Of a DNA stretch of 64,000 bases, positions 48,804 through 61,099 are shown one piece after another. Position 1 is the stretch's first letter. Every line of letters begins with the position of its first letter. The stretch comes from Felis catus (lineage: Eukaryota): contig NC_058374.1 of assembly GCF_018350175.1 (NCBI RefSeq), forward strand, positions 138,384,001 to 138,448,000, in the 5' to 3' direction. Under the pieces are notes generated by a model. That model was not told the DNA's origin. It made no database searches and saw only the letters and a list, made by a program, of their open reading frames with translations. Position numbers and translations under genes: made by a program.

Positions 48804-50359
48804 AACATGAAGGTGAATTTTTAACCGCATTCAAGGACACATTCAAGGACAGCTGGCAGTCTTTCGTACTCACAGGGGCACAGGACAGTAAAGGAGCAAG
48901 AATCTAGAAGGAAGAAGCTAGCCAGGAAAGCAGACACATCTGTGGCCGATTCGCACACTGAGACAGCAAAGGCAGGGGAAGCGCTCAGCCACAGTGCATT
49001 CAGAGGTGGGCTTTCCAGGTTTGCGGAAGTCATGCTCTAGAAAGTATTCCGGAAAGATCCATGGCCAGATACGGTATCAGAACTGGCACCGTCTCTGAGA
49101 ACAAAGTCTCAGAGGGACAAGAGCAAGAACCAAAACTTAGAACTCAGTAAAGGAGTTGCTTTTAAGGGATGAGAAGTGAAATTCCGGCCGAGGTGCCGGC
49201 ACATCATCCGCCTGTTGTTCCAAGACAGCTTCCGTCATCACGTTTGCTCCCACAGAGCTGCGTGGCCCAGGGACCCGGGAAGCAGACGCTTGCTTTCTGG
49301 TCCTGGGCTTGTGCCCTCCGCAGAGCCCCCGGCGCCCCTCTCCGGGCTCCAGCAGTCAGTCTCCGCTGTTGCCTGGGGCGCCCGGCCTCGCCTCCTCCCT
49401 GGAGGCCCGTGCACTTGACCTCAGGTCCGACGTCCACCGGCCTCCCGACGGCCGTCACCCTGACCCTCCCGGGACCTCCCACCCAGACTGTCCAGACCTT
49501 GCTCCTGGGCCAGCACACGGCCTCCCGGTGGGCCAGTGGAGACGGGACGAGGGCAGGGTCCTGCCCTGTGGCTGTCTGCCTTGCACGGGCCCATCTGGCC
49601 TGCCCCTCGGTTTCCCCAGTGACAAATAGGGTGACTCCCAGTGCTTTCCGTGGGTGCTTGCGGCTGGCACATAGTAAGACGTCCGTAGGCGTTTCTTTGC
49701 TTATGTTGACTGTCAGCCTTCACGGTGACTCACCCAGCCCTACTCGCCTGCTCCCGTGGAGCACGGGAAGGCCCGGGCCTCACTCGCAGGGGCCGACATT
49801 GCTCCCGTACCCCCAGACCCTCTCACGCACCGAGGTTCCTCCTGTTGCCTGGGCTGCTCCGTTACCCCGGACCCTCAGCATCCCCCCTCGCCCCCGTGAC
49901 CGCTGCCTGGTTTTCCGAGCCTGAAGTTGCTTCCTCAGGGAAGCCTCTCTGAATTGCCTGCCCGGCTTGTATCCCTCTGATGTGAGCACTTCCGACGCCC
50001 GGTGCTTTACGGGTGCGCCGTCGTGGCGGCCTGATGACCGCTGCCGTCCCCGCCAGACGCGGACCCCAAAGCCCGGAGCCGTAGCTGCCTCGCTCTCCGT
50101 CAGCCCAGCATCGCCCAGGACTGTGCTGCCGGCTCGGGCGGTGCCCCCCCGAGTGAGCTGCGAGCCCCCGTAGGGCCGCCCTCCCGCTGAGATTCGCCGA
50201 TGGCCCAAGCAGGTACCACCACCTTCAGGAAGCCTTCCGAGATCTTCCCCCAGACCAGATACGAGAATTTTGTCCCTCAGGTATTCAGACCCTACGGCAC
50301 TGGGAACCTCTCTGGTCTGATTCCGCCTTCGCCACAGCAGCTGTTCACTGAGTACTTCA

Positions 50360-50500
50360 GTCATTTATTTCTAAGCCTGAGCATGTATTCAGCAAATATT
50401 TACTGAGTGCCCACCTTGTGCCAGGCAGTGTTCTAGGCGCTGAGGAAGCAGTCGAAAGACAACACGCACAGTCACCCTTAGAAACCACTGCATTTCTGGA
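50360..50500 (-). mobile_element. L2 3' end fragment
   Basis: ttcagcaaatatttactgagtgcccaccttgtgccaggcagtgttctaggcgctgagga. Confidence 0.8.
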
Positions 50501-50619
50501 CGAGTGGGGCTCCCAGGCTAAGAGGGGAGGCAGGGCCCAAAGCAGATAATGCCAGAGTTTTAACAGTGGTCTGGATGGACGACTCGATAAATATTTGTCT
50601 TTAAAATTCAGAATTCCCA

Positions 50620-50729
50620 GGGCACCTGGGTGGCTTAGTCAGTTAAACGTCAGACTTGATTTTGGCTCAGGTCGTGATCTCCTGGTTCATGAGTTTGAGA
50701 CCCATATGGGGCTCTATGCTGATAGCTCG
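50620..50729 (+). mobile_element. Can-SINE, 5' half (rest in the assembly gap)
   Basis: gggcacctgggtggcttagtcagttaaacg... runs into Ns. Confidence 0.9.
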
Positions 50730-51109
50730 NNNNNNNNNNNNNNNNNNNNNNNNNNNNNNNNNNNNNNNNNNNNNNNNNNNNNNNNNNNNNNNNNNNNNNN
50801 NNNNNNNNNNNNNNNNNNNNNNNNNNNNNNNNNNNNNNNNNNNNNNNNNNNNNNNNNNNNNNNNNNNNNNNNNNNNNNNNNNNNNNNNNNNNNNNNNNNN
50901 NNNNNNNNNNNNNNNNNNNNNNNNNNNNNNNNNNNNNNNNNNNNNNNNNNNNNNNNNNNNNNNNNNNNNNNNNNNNNNNNNNNNNNNNNNNNNNNNNNNN
51001 NNNNNNNNNNNNNNNNNNNNNNNNNNNNNNNNNNNNNNNNNNNNNNNNNNNNNNNNNNNNNNNNNNNNNNNNNNNNNNNNNNNNNNNNNNNNNNNNNNNN
51101 NNNNNNNNN
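50730..51109. other. Assembly gap (380 N)
   Basis: Run of N. Confidence 1.
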
Positions 51110-51864
51110 TTTTAAATTCGGAACGTCCTTTCATTAAAGGAACAAGTCGAGAAAGCGGCGATTAATCGTGAACAACAATGATCCAAGAGATTTCAGAACC
51201 CATTTTCTTTCTGGCTATTATGTTAAAGGCATTAAGTGCTCAAGTGAGATCCTTTTGACCCGCTTCGTTCTGCAGAATTTAGATCTGAGGTGAATATTAA
51301 CTCTAATCGTGCATCTAATGACCTATATGCAGGAAGCACTGTACGTTCAGGTGCAGGGTCTGCCTTCTCTTTGCCGCCGAACTTCCAGCAGTAGAAGCAG
51401 ATAAGCCCTCTGTGCAGTGAGTCTGTCTTAATCCTGTGAGCATGGTAGTTGCCTCCTGAAAGGCCACCTTGACAGGACAGGAGCTGGATTGTGTGCTGTT
51501 TGCTTGACACCGTCGGGTCTGATAGCAGTGAACCAACCGGGCAAATTATTCCCTGGACGAGTACAAGCCCCTTTCCCAGGATAACATACGATGAGTGATG
51601 TCAAGGCCTCCGAGGGCAGGCAGGCGTCTTGCTTCGTGGCTGTGGCGGTGGGGAGGGAGGTGGTGGTGTCCTGCCGGGGGCTGTCATGAGCCCTGTCACG
51701 TCAGGTGGGAGCAGACTGACTCCCCGAGGTGCCTGGGAGATCATCTCGGCCACCTTCCTCCGTGGGTGTGATGATGTGTTGGGCTGGCTTCCAATACCAG
51801 ACTGCCCTCTTTCTGTTAGGCTCCCCCCAGATCAGACAACCGAGATGCGTTTGAAGTCAGGTGG

Positions 51865-52088
51865 TTTTTTTTTTAATTGTTTTTTATATTTATTTTTTGA
51901 GAGAGAGACAGAGAGCAAGCTGGGGAGGGGCAGAGAGAGACAGGGTGGGGGAGACACAGAATCTGAAGCAGGCTCCAGGCTCCCAGCTGTCGGCACAGAG
52001 CCTGATGTGGGGCTCGAACTCACCAACTGTGAGATCATGACCTGAGCCGAAGTCGGATGCTTAACTGACTGAGCCACCCAGGCACCCC
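51865..52088 (-). mobile_element. Can-SINE
   Basis: Full body ending gactgagccacccaggcacccc. Confidence 0.95.
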
Positions 52089-52114
52089 TATGATTGTGTG
52101 AGTTTTGAATGTCA

Positions 52115-52970
52115 TCTGTGGTCCCTGTTTCCTTGCTGGTCGCCAGCCAGAGGTGGTTCTCGGCCTCTAGAGGCTTCACACATCCCTTCTCTCGTGGCCC
52201 CTTTACCGTCAAAATCGGCAACATGGGTTGAGTTGTCCTCACATCCGGAATCTCTCCGGCGTCCCTTTCTGCCTCATCGCAGCCAGAGAGAGTTCTCTGC
52301 TTGTAAGGGCTCAGGAGACTCGAGTGGTCCTCCCCGAATGATCCGGGCCCATCTCCTCAGCCAGGGGTCTGTGCCTGTCTGCGTCCGTCTCCTCGAGCAG
52401 CTGTAACAAAGCATCACAGTCTGGGTGGCTTGAAACAACAGTTTATTCTCTGCAGTTCTGGGGGCAGGACGTCGGCCGTCCAGATGCCAGCGGGGCTTCT
52501 CCCCCCATGAGGCTCGGGGCAGAACTTTCCTCACCTTCTCTCCTGGTGATGGCGTCAGGCTTGGTGTGGTTTGGCTTGTAGACCCATCCCTCCAGTCTCT
52601 GCCTCTGTCACCACACGGTGGTCTCGGGGTGTGTGTGTGTGTGTGTGTGTGTATGTGTCTGTGTCCAAATTCCCCCGTGACACCAGTCCTATTGGATCAA
52701 GGGCCCACCCCACTGCAGTGTGACCTCATCGTAACTACATCTGCAAAGACCTTGTTTCCGATAAGGTCACATTCTGAAGTCCCGGAGGTGAGGTAGGGCG
52801 TGGGTCTGTCTTTTGGAGCGTGGCGGGCGGGACACACATCACCCCCTGCAGAACCCTCGGTCACACCTGCAGCGCCCCCTTCTCCATGCAAGGCCACATC
52901 TCCATGGGCTCCGAGACTGGGGCTTCGTGTATCTGTGGACCTCTTTGGGGGCCGTTATTTGGCCCCACGT
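52115..52970 (-). mobile_element. MaLR LTRs: MLT1C-like LTR (about 52371-52850) nested in an older MLT1D/E-like LTR
   Basis: gctgtaacaaagcatcacagtctgggtggcttgaaacaacag and attggatcaagggcccacccc...catctgcaaagacc...ataaggtcacattc are reverse-complement MLT1 hallmarks; both flanks carry further MLT1-like sequence. Subfamily names are from memory. Confidence 0.8.
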
Positions 52971-54370
52971 CATAATCCTGCCTTCGTGGAATTCACGGCC
53001 TCTCCTGTTCATACTTGAATACAAGTGAGTTCTTTAGCGTCCAGCCCTGTCCACTAAAGACGTCTCTGGAACAGCAGAGAGGAAAAGCCGGGGCCGGCGT
53101 TGTCGGTGCGTTAGGCACTTGGGGTAGGGCGGGTCACACAGACACAAGCGGGGAGAGTTTTAGGGGGACGTGTGTAACAGCGTGGTGAGTGGCCGGGCAC
53201 GGTGGTTTCCTTCCTTCCCTCCACCTGGCTGATACCCGGGAGAACCTCGTGCTGTCCCGCGGAGGCCGTGAGCAGTGGACGCCTCTAGAGTATTGGGAGG
53301 TCGCGGCCGCGTGCGACTCTCCCAGCCCTGTGTCCCTGTTTACAGCAAGGGAGGACACCCGAGTTGTACTCATTCCCCACGTGGGAGGTCTTCTCTGACC
53401 CCGTATTTGTAACTGCAGCCCCTCCCTCCTGTCTTGTCTCCGTCCAACATAGGACACAGGACATCCATCCCTGTTTGTTGGTTTCTCCCCCCACCCGCCC
53501 CAGAACGGCAACTGGGCAGGGATGTCTTGTCTGTGTTCTGCGCTCCTGTACCCTCAGTGCCTAGAACATGACCGAGCACAGAAGACAGCTAAAAACGTTG
53601 AACGGACACAGCCTCCCTGTCTACTTAATGCTCGTTGAAGAGATGACCGTTTTTCTGTTCTAAAATTTTGCTGGCATTTTACTAGAAAGGTGTGATTTCA
53701 GTAACACTGCCTGAACGAATATGAGGGAACCTTGAAGGAAGTGCAGTCGTTTCCCCATATACCAGGCTATGGAGCTTATTTTAGGGCACAGAAGTACTTT
53801 GGAGCTCCAGAAGTAAAAACTAAAGGGAAAAACGACCATTTAAAACTCTGGAGCCGAGAGTCACAACTATTAAGTGGTTTAAAAATGTTAAGATAGGGGC
53901 TCCAGTCTTGATAATGGCGTAGGAGTTTGGAAGCCAGCAGGAAAAGGTGGACGAAATCTTTAAACATGTGCCAAGGCGTTGGAGAGCTCACCAGGTAGTG
54001 AACAGTTGCCAGGCTGAGGTCTGGAGAAGTTGGACCCTTGACATTTGGGGTCGTTTTGTCCCCAGTTTATGGATGAAGCAATTAAGAGGCTAAAGAGCAC
54101 GGCTAAAAGTAAAAATTGGGGGTATAAAACCTACGAGAAGGGGAGACCCGGGGAAACATCCCAAACTTTGGGTCGGGACCCAAAAAGCTGTCCTCTAGGA
54201 ATACAGCGACCTGGAGATCAATCAGCTTGCTCAGGAACTGAGCCCGGTTGTAACTAATCGCATTCCTTGAGGGGGATGAAGGTGGTCCCAGATTGCCAGG
54301 ACCCTGGCAGACACTTGCAGAAAGAAAGCATCATCCTGGGCCTCTATTTCCAGGAATAAATTCTCAAGCA

Positions 54371-55375
54371 TAGGTAGTCCTCGCTCGTCAGTTCCATTAT
54401 GCACAAATTCCAATGACCAGTTAAATACCACCAGGCTCCCTAAAACACAGTTCAGGTTTCCCTGACCCGGTCCCTGAATAAAGCAGCTGCGGGAAGCCCA
54501 CGGCCCCCTCGCCAGTCTTCCAATCACTACACAGATAACAGATCTGTGACCAATCCCATCTCTCCTTTCAAAGTCGGTCTGTGATTGGCCCTGTGCATCT
54601 ATCATTCAGTACCTGCCATAGACCACCTCCTCCTCTCCCAGCGACAAACCCACCTGACCTTTTCTAGCACCTGATAAGCCTGTAAGAGGAACGAAGCAAC
54701 AAAGAAAAAGGTGCAGCAAGTAAATGAAAGGTGGTAGCACGGGGAATAAAATCTGAATCGGACCTAACTGGAGTTACTGAAAAACAGCTGGCGGTGGGGA
54801 TGCTGCCATTTAGAGATGCTAGATGGAAATCCAGAGGCACCTGGTACAAGGGACCTGTCCGCATAAACGAGGAACGTGATTGGGACAGAAAGAGGGAGAT
54901 GTCCCAGAAGAGGTGATCGTAGCAAGCTTTACCTTAGAGGATGTGTCCCAGATATTTCAGGATCTTGAACGTGCAAAGCATAAGTAAGTGATGGAAGCCA
55001 GTCCAAACTTAGGAGTTTGACAATTTACTAAAGAAAGCACAGAAAAGATGCTCACTCCAAACCGTGACTTATACGAGAGGAAGCCAAGCATGGCTCACAC
55101 TACTTGCAAAGTTTTTTACAAGGAAATAAAACACTTGAATTTCAGTGTTTCTAATGTTTTAGATTACAGTGTACTAAATCCATATTAGCGTTACTATATT
55201 TTTTGTTCCCTGGTTCATTTACAACTGATAATAAGGGAATTTTTAATGTTTTGCCAAAACCTTTTGAAGGTCATGGTAATTTTCACCACTGATTAGTAAA
55301 ACCATTTTGCCCAGTTTCTGCCTGCATGATCCTTTTCATGGTCAGGCAGGACTGTACAAATCAAGACTGTTTGTA
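54371..55375. mobile_element. Ancient Tigger (TcMar) DNA transposon remnant, Tigger13-like
   Basis: aggtagtcctcgct start; gaagccagtccaaacttag...gaaaagatgctcactcc...tttttacaaggaaataaaacac...ttacagtgtactaaat resembles recalled Tigger13 sequence. Confidence 0.65.
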
Positions 55376-55424
55376 GAGAATGACACACAACAAAACTGAC
55401 CAAGCATACGTGGAGAGCAGACTC

Positions 55425-56160
55425 ATGAAACGCAGAAATGAGAGATGATGGAAACAGACCCGCAAGACTCTAAATATTAGGCTTATAAGATATAAACTTT
55501 AAAAGCACCTGCTTACTCTATTCAAGAAGATAAACGACAAGGTTGGGAGTTTTGGTAGAGCACTAGACATTATATATTTAGAAAGGACATTGGAAAAATA
55601 CCCAGGTAGAAATTACAAAAGGAAAAAATGCAAAAACTTAAATGGTGTACTCTGTAGATCAATAAAACAGCAGAGTAGACACAACTGCTGGGAGAATTGT
55701 TGAATTAACACTAGGTCAGAAAATAATATCTAAAATGAAGCACAAAGAGACAAAAGGACAGAATATAAGTATGGAGAATTACATTATACGTATAATTGGA
55801 ATCCTAGCAGGACAAGATAGGGAGAATGGAACAGAAGCAATGTTTACGGATATAGTGGCTGAAGTTTCTCTAACACCGATGAAAGACATCAAGTCACAAA
55901 TTCAAGAATCCAATGGAACTACAGCCAGAATTAAAAAAGAAAAATCCGTATCTAGACACACTATGGTAAGACGGCTGAGAAATAAAGACAAAGAGATCAT
56001 CTTAAAAGAAGCTAGAGGTTAAAACAATTTGAAAAGACATCACTTTCAGAGGAGCAACAAGTCAGAGATAATTTCTCAACCAAATTTTCAGACTTCTTAA
56101 CCCAAAACAGATAATTTTCTCAGCCAGAAGACAATGAAAAGACACCTTCAGTGTACTGAA
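55425..56160 (+). mobile_element. Ancient L1M fragment with a decayed ORF1
   Basis: ORF 55735-56022 (IRIIGILAGQDRENG...KDIKSQIQE...SRHTMVR...KDKEIILKEAR) is recognisable L1 ORF1p. Confidence 0.85.
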
Positions 56161-56212
56161 AGTTGTTTTTCTCCTCCCAGGAATGAAAGGTTAGTTTAAC
56201 ATTTAAAAAGTC

Positions 56213-56413
56213 AGGGCACCTGGATGGCTCAGTCGGTTGAGCATCCAACTTTTGGTTTCAGCTCAGGTCATGATCTCACAGTTTGTGGGTTCGAGACCCA
56301 AATGAGGCTCTGCGCTGACAGCATGGAGCCTGCTTGGGACTCTCTCCATCTCTCTCTGCCCCTCCCCACATGATTTCTCTCTCTCTCAAAATAAATAAAT
56401 AAACGTTAAAAAA
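56213..56413 (+). mobile_element. Can-SINE
   Basis: TSD aacatttaaaaag at 56198-56210 and 56414-56426. Confidence 0.94.
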
Positions 56414-57007
56414 AACATTTAAAAAGCAATCAACTATCAAAAAATTATGAACTGCGTAGGGATAAAACGCACGAGATGTGCTCAGTGAAATCTACACAGC
56501 ATTGCTGAGAGAAATATTAAATGGCAAGTTATCCCATGCTCTTGAATCAGAAGACTCAGTATTGTTTAGATGGCAGTGCTTCTTAAAATGATCTATAGAT
56601 TCAAAGCGATCAAAATTGAATCTTAGCATGCCCTTTTGTAGAATTCGACAAGTTGATTCTAAAATTATGTGGAAAGGTACAGAAGCGAGAGCAGCTAAAA
56701 CAACACTGAGAAAGATCACAGTTGGAAGACTCAGACTACCTGACTCCAAGAATTGTTCTAGAGCTACGGTAGTCAAGACAGTGTGGTGTTGATATGAAAG
56801 CAGACAGACGAATGGAACAGAATAGCAAGTCCAGAAATAGATCCTCACATGTATGGTCAATAGACTTTCAACAAAGTGCCAAGTCATTCCGATGGGGAAA
56901 AAAAAAATCCTCTTTTCAACAAAGAGTGCTGGGATAATTGGATAGCAGTATGCAAAAGAACAAATCTTGAATCTCATCAAAAGCCATATTAAAGAAAGGG
57001 AGGAGTA

Positions 57008-57197
57008 GGGGCGCCTAGAGGGCTCACTTGGTTACGCCTCTGACTCTTGATTTCAGCTCAGGTCATGATCTCACGGCTCGTGATTCTGATCTCACAGCTC
57101 GTGTTTCTGAGCCCCGTGTTGGGCTCTGTGCTGACAGCCCAGAACTTGCTTGGGATTCTCTCTCTCCCTCTCTCTCTGCCCCTCCCCCAGTGGTGTG

Positions 57198-57235
<38 letters not shown>

Positions 57236-57265
57236 TGCAAAATAAATAAAACATTTAAGAAAATA
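57008..57265 (+). mobile_element. Can-SINE with an internal ~21-bp tandem duplication
   Basis: tgatctcacggctcgtgattc tgatctcacagctcgtgtttc; (CT)n; A tail. Confidence 0.92.
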
Positions 57266-58027
57266 AAGAGGAGGAGGAGGAGGAACTTGAAATGGGTCAC
57301 AGACCCAATGGTAAGGATGGAAACCACAACTTCAAGAAGAAAATATTGAAGCAGTCTTAGTGATTTGGGGTTTAGCAGAGATTTCTTATGTATGATTCTA
57401 AAAGCATGAACTATGAAAAAAGTAAGAAATTGTATTTCATCAAAATTACAAAGTTTTGCTCACTAAAAGACACAAGAAAACGAAAAGTCAAGCCACAGGC
57501 TTGGAGAAAATATTTGCAAAATGTACATCTGACAAAGGACTTACAGCTGGAATATATAAAGAACTCTTACAATTCAATAAGAAGACAAAGAACCCAATTA
57601 AGAATTAGAGCAAAAATGGGCAAACCACTTGAACAGGCTCTTCAACAAAGGGCAGTGGATGGCAGGTAGGCACATGAAAAGATGTTCAGCATCATTATCA
57701 TTAGGAAAATGGGGATTGACAGCAGTAGATATCACTGTCAGTAGTAGAGAAACATCACTACACACCAACTAGAATAACCGAATTTAAAATTAAAAAGCCT
57801 GACCAAGTATGGCGGAAGGTACGGAACAGCAGGGACTCTGATACGTTGATGGCAGGAATGTAAAATGGTGCAGCCACGTTGGAAAACGTTTTGGCAAATG
57901 GTATCACTGACATTATTATCAGAAATATCATACACCTGAAAGAAGCCAAATCAAAAGGCTACACACTGTATGATTCCAGCCATATGACATTCTGAAGAAA
58001 GCGGAACTGTAGAGACGGTCAAAGGAT

Positions 58028-58160
58028 NNNNNNNNNNNNNNNNNNNNNNNNNNNNNNNNNNNNNNNNNNNNNNNNNNNNNNNNNNNNNNNNNNNNNNNNN
58101 NNNNNNNNNNNNNNNNNNNNNNNNNNNNNNNNNNNNNNNNNNNNNNNNNNNNNNNNNNNN
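58028..58160. other. Assembly gap (133 N)
   Basis: Run of N. Confidence 1.
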
Positions 58161-58396
58161 GTTAAACCATGGACTTCAGTTAATAATAATATATTGATAT
58201 TGGCTCATCAATGGTAACAAAAGTACCAGGATGCTACTAATGGGAAAACTGTGGAGAGTGTGTGTGTGTGTGTGTGTGTGTTGGGGGGTATTATGGAAAC
58301 TCTTGTACTTTCCACTCAGTTTTTCTGTAAACCTAAATCGACTCTAAATAATAAAATCTACTAATTGAAAGTGAAATTAAAAATGACATCCAGCTC

Positions 58397-58614
58397 AGGG
58401 CACCTGGGTGGCTCAGTCGGTGAAATGTCCAACTCTTGGTTTCGGCTCAGGCCATGATCTCATGGCTTGTGGGTTCAAGCCCCGCATCGGGCTCCACGCT
58501 GGCAGTTTGGAGCCTGCTTGGGATTCTCTCTCCTTCTCTCTCTGCCACTTCCCTGCTCGCTCACTCACTTACTGTCTCTAAAAATAAATAAATAAACTTA
58601 AAAACAATTTTTTT
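58397..58614 (+). mobile_element. Can-SINE
   Basis: Perfect TSD AAATGACATCCAGCT at 58381-58395 and 58615-58629. Confidence 0.95.
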
Positions 58615-58652
58615 AAATGACATCCAGCTTAAAAAGGAAAAAGTGGGGTGGG

Positions 58653-58818
58653 GGGGATGCCTGGGTAGCTCAGTCACTTGAACATCCGACTTCAGCCCAG
58701 GTCATGATCCCGTGCTTCGTGGGTTCGAGCCTCACTTCGGGCTCTGTGCGGACAGCACAGGGCCCGCTTCAGATCCTCTGTCCCCCTCTCTTTGCCCCTC
58801 CCCCAGTTGCACTCTCTC
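58653..58818 (+). mobile_element. Can-SINE lacking its A tail
   Basis: ggggatgcctgggtagctcagtcacttgaacatccgacttcagcccaggtcatgatc. Confidence 0.88.
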
Positions 58819-58899
58819 ATAGGCTTGTTAGTTAAAATGATTTGAGGGTTTTTTTTGGTAAGAAAGGGAGCGGCGTTTGCAATTTAGTGCCAATGTTAG

Positions 58900-59350
58900 A
58901 TTCATTCAGCCAATATTTATAGAACACTTTCCTGGAATAGCAGAGGACGGTGGCAGATGTGAACTCTGCCTTAAGAAGTTACGGGTCGTTTGGGCAGGAA
59001 AGGCGCTGGTCAATACCTTGGGTGTGAGCTGCGTGGACGCAGAGGACAGACAGGCGGGTCTGGGAAGGCTTTGGGGAAGAACTGATGTTTGAGCTTCCCC
59101 TAAAATGTGTGGGAATGGGAAGCATCCCAGCCAACGAAATAGGATAAAGTATAAAAGCTGGAAATCACGAGTTGAGTCTGGCAAATGATGAGTAGATTGT
59201 TTTGGCCAGAGTATGGGGTTTGCAAAGGGAAACGAAGACAAGATCGATTGCTTCAGGATCAAGTATTTACTGAGCTCCTTCATGTCAGGCATGGGTCTGA
59301 GCACTGGGGAGACGTGAAGTGAGCAAAAATCTAGAGTCCCCTTCCTCCTG
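58900..59350 (-). mobile_element. L2 fragments
   Basis: attcattcagccaatatttatagaacac and caagtatttactgagctccttcatgtcaggcatgggtctgagcactgggga. Confidence 0.6.
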
Positions 59351-60479
59351 GAGCTGGTGCTCCGGCAGGGACAGACAGGTGACGAGCATGGGTGGGGGGG
59401 GGGTGCTCTGTGAGCAGGAGGTGGTACGATCAGGGCTGCACTTGAGGATGAACCTGGCAGCAAGACCCCACGAGGGGGAGGCCATTGGAAGGCTGTCGAG
59501 GGAGTCCAGGTGGAGGGTGTGATGCCCCGCGCTGGGCTGCAGGTGGGATGGATGCAGGTGACTTCAGAAGAAAACGGTCCTTCAAAACAAACCACAAACA
59601 AAGCAGAGCGTCCCGAGGACCCCAAGCCGTAACTTCGTGCAGACGTAAAAGACCGAGGTTGTGTCAGGCGTGCCGGGCACAAGGCATGGTGACAGCTGTC
59701 CCTGGCCTCAGATGTGCCCTCTTGCTGGCAGGGTGGCTGGAGGAGCCTCCTGCACAGAAGGCATCCTTGCTCTGACAGGTTCCTCCGCCCTGCGGAAGTG
59801 CATAATCAGCTACCGCAGACACAGGACGGTCCCCTGCTTCAAATCCCCGGCACTCGCTCTTATGAATAAACCCTTAGTGGTCTCCTGTTTCTCTCTCTTA
59901 TTTTTATGCAGAGCGTTCTAGCAGAAAAGTCCGTGTTTCCCCCCTGAAACAGGTTGCCCCTGTTCCCTTCGCGCTCTTGTCTCTGTAAATTGCATTCTCC
60001 AAGTTTCTTTAGGGAAGCATTTGCTCTGCACCGGCGCGGGCCCTCGGCTGGCTGTTACGAGGGTGAGCCAATCGTTTGAATTGCATCCAGCTGCTTCCCA
60101 TCTGCGTTAGGTGGATTTCGGCGTGGTTCTCTGCACCCTCTTCTTAGTTGGGAATAGACAGAATAATTCTGTGTTCCGCCTTCTGTGTTATGGTGAATGG
60201 GACTTGAAGCTATGTCGTTCTGAGAACCTCTAGTTCCAAGCAAGAAAGCCTCGCAAGGTCTTCCAGCTGGCACGTTGACCAAACCCAAGGCGTGGAAGTT
60301 GCCAGAGAGGCTCGGAGCCTGTGGGAGTTCCCGGCGTCGGGAGGGGGCCTCGGGTACCTCAGTTAGGGGGTCTTACCGAATGCTGCTTCTCCACAGAGAC
60401 CTCCTGAGAGTAGGTTATTCAGTGCAAGTAGCTGTTCACTCGGTTTCCACCCCTGTTGGAAAAAACAGGAAGAGAGAGG

Positions 60480-60975
60480 GATGTGTGATGTCACTGAAGA
60501 CAAAAGAGAACCGTGGAAGGGCTTCGGATTGACAGCAACGTTCAATACCTGACCCCGGACTGGATCCCGTACGGGGGGGGGGGGGGGCATGCTTTCTCCG
60601 GCGTTAGATCAGCTGGCGAAACTTGACCACGAATCGGAGATTAAAGTACTGTATCTCTGTCAATTTAGTGACGTTGATAAGTGCACGGCGGTGCAAGAGA
60701 ATATCCTTATTCTTTGCAAACACAGACTTCGTTCAGTGTGGAGGGGGAGGGGCTGCGCGTCAGACACGTGCACACGCACTTGCACACGCCCGTGCACACA
60801 CACGTTCTGTGGCTCCCTGCCTATAAGGACAAAGCAAAGGAGAGAGACGATGGGCAGAACGGTAATTATAAGGGGATGCCGGTAAAGGGAGTGCGGTGTT
60901 CTTTGTGCTGTTTTTTTTTTGCGTAGGTGCATCTTTCCTGCAAGTGAAATTGCTTCCAAATAAAAAGTTAAAGAG
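60480..60975 (+). mobile_element. Ancient L1M 3'UTR fragment
   Basis: gtgcaagagaatatccttattct...ggtgttctttgtgctg...tttcctgcaagtgaaattgcttccaaataaaaagttaaa. Confidence 0.65.
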
Positions 60976-61099
60976 CAAGGCATCAACACAAAAGATGGCA
61001 GCTACATTAGGTATCCCGGCTACATGCACTGCCCCATTTGGGTTGTGAAAGCCACAGATGGGAACATATGAACGCAAGGTCTTAAAATAATGACTCCTA

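Larger units (their letters stand above)
56175..58380 (+). mobile_element. Ancient L1M ORF2 3' region and 3'UTR, interrupted by two SINEs and a gap
   Basis: agtcaagacagtgtggtgttg, aatggaacagaatag...ccagaaatagatcc, gaaaagatgttcagcatcatta, gaatgtaaaatggtgcagccac; multiply disrupted. Confidence 0.85.

Noticed and set aside
50595-51165. ORFs spanning X runs
   Set aside because: Artefacts of translating the N gap.
55735-56022. 95-aa ORF as a gene
   Set aside because: Decayed L1 ORF1 fragment.
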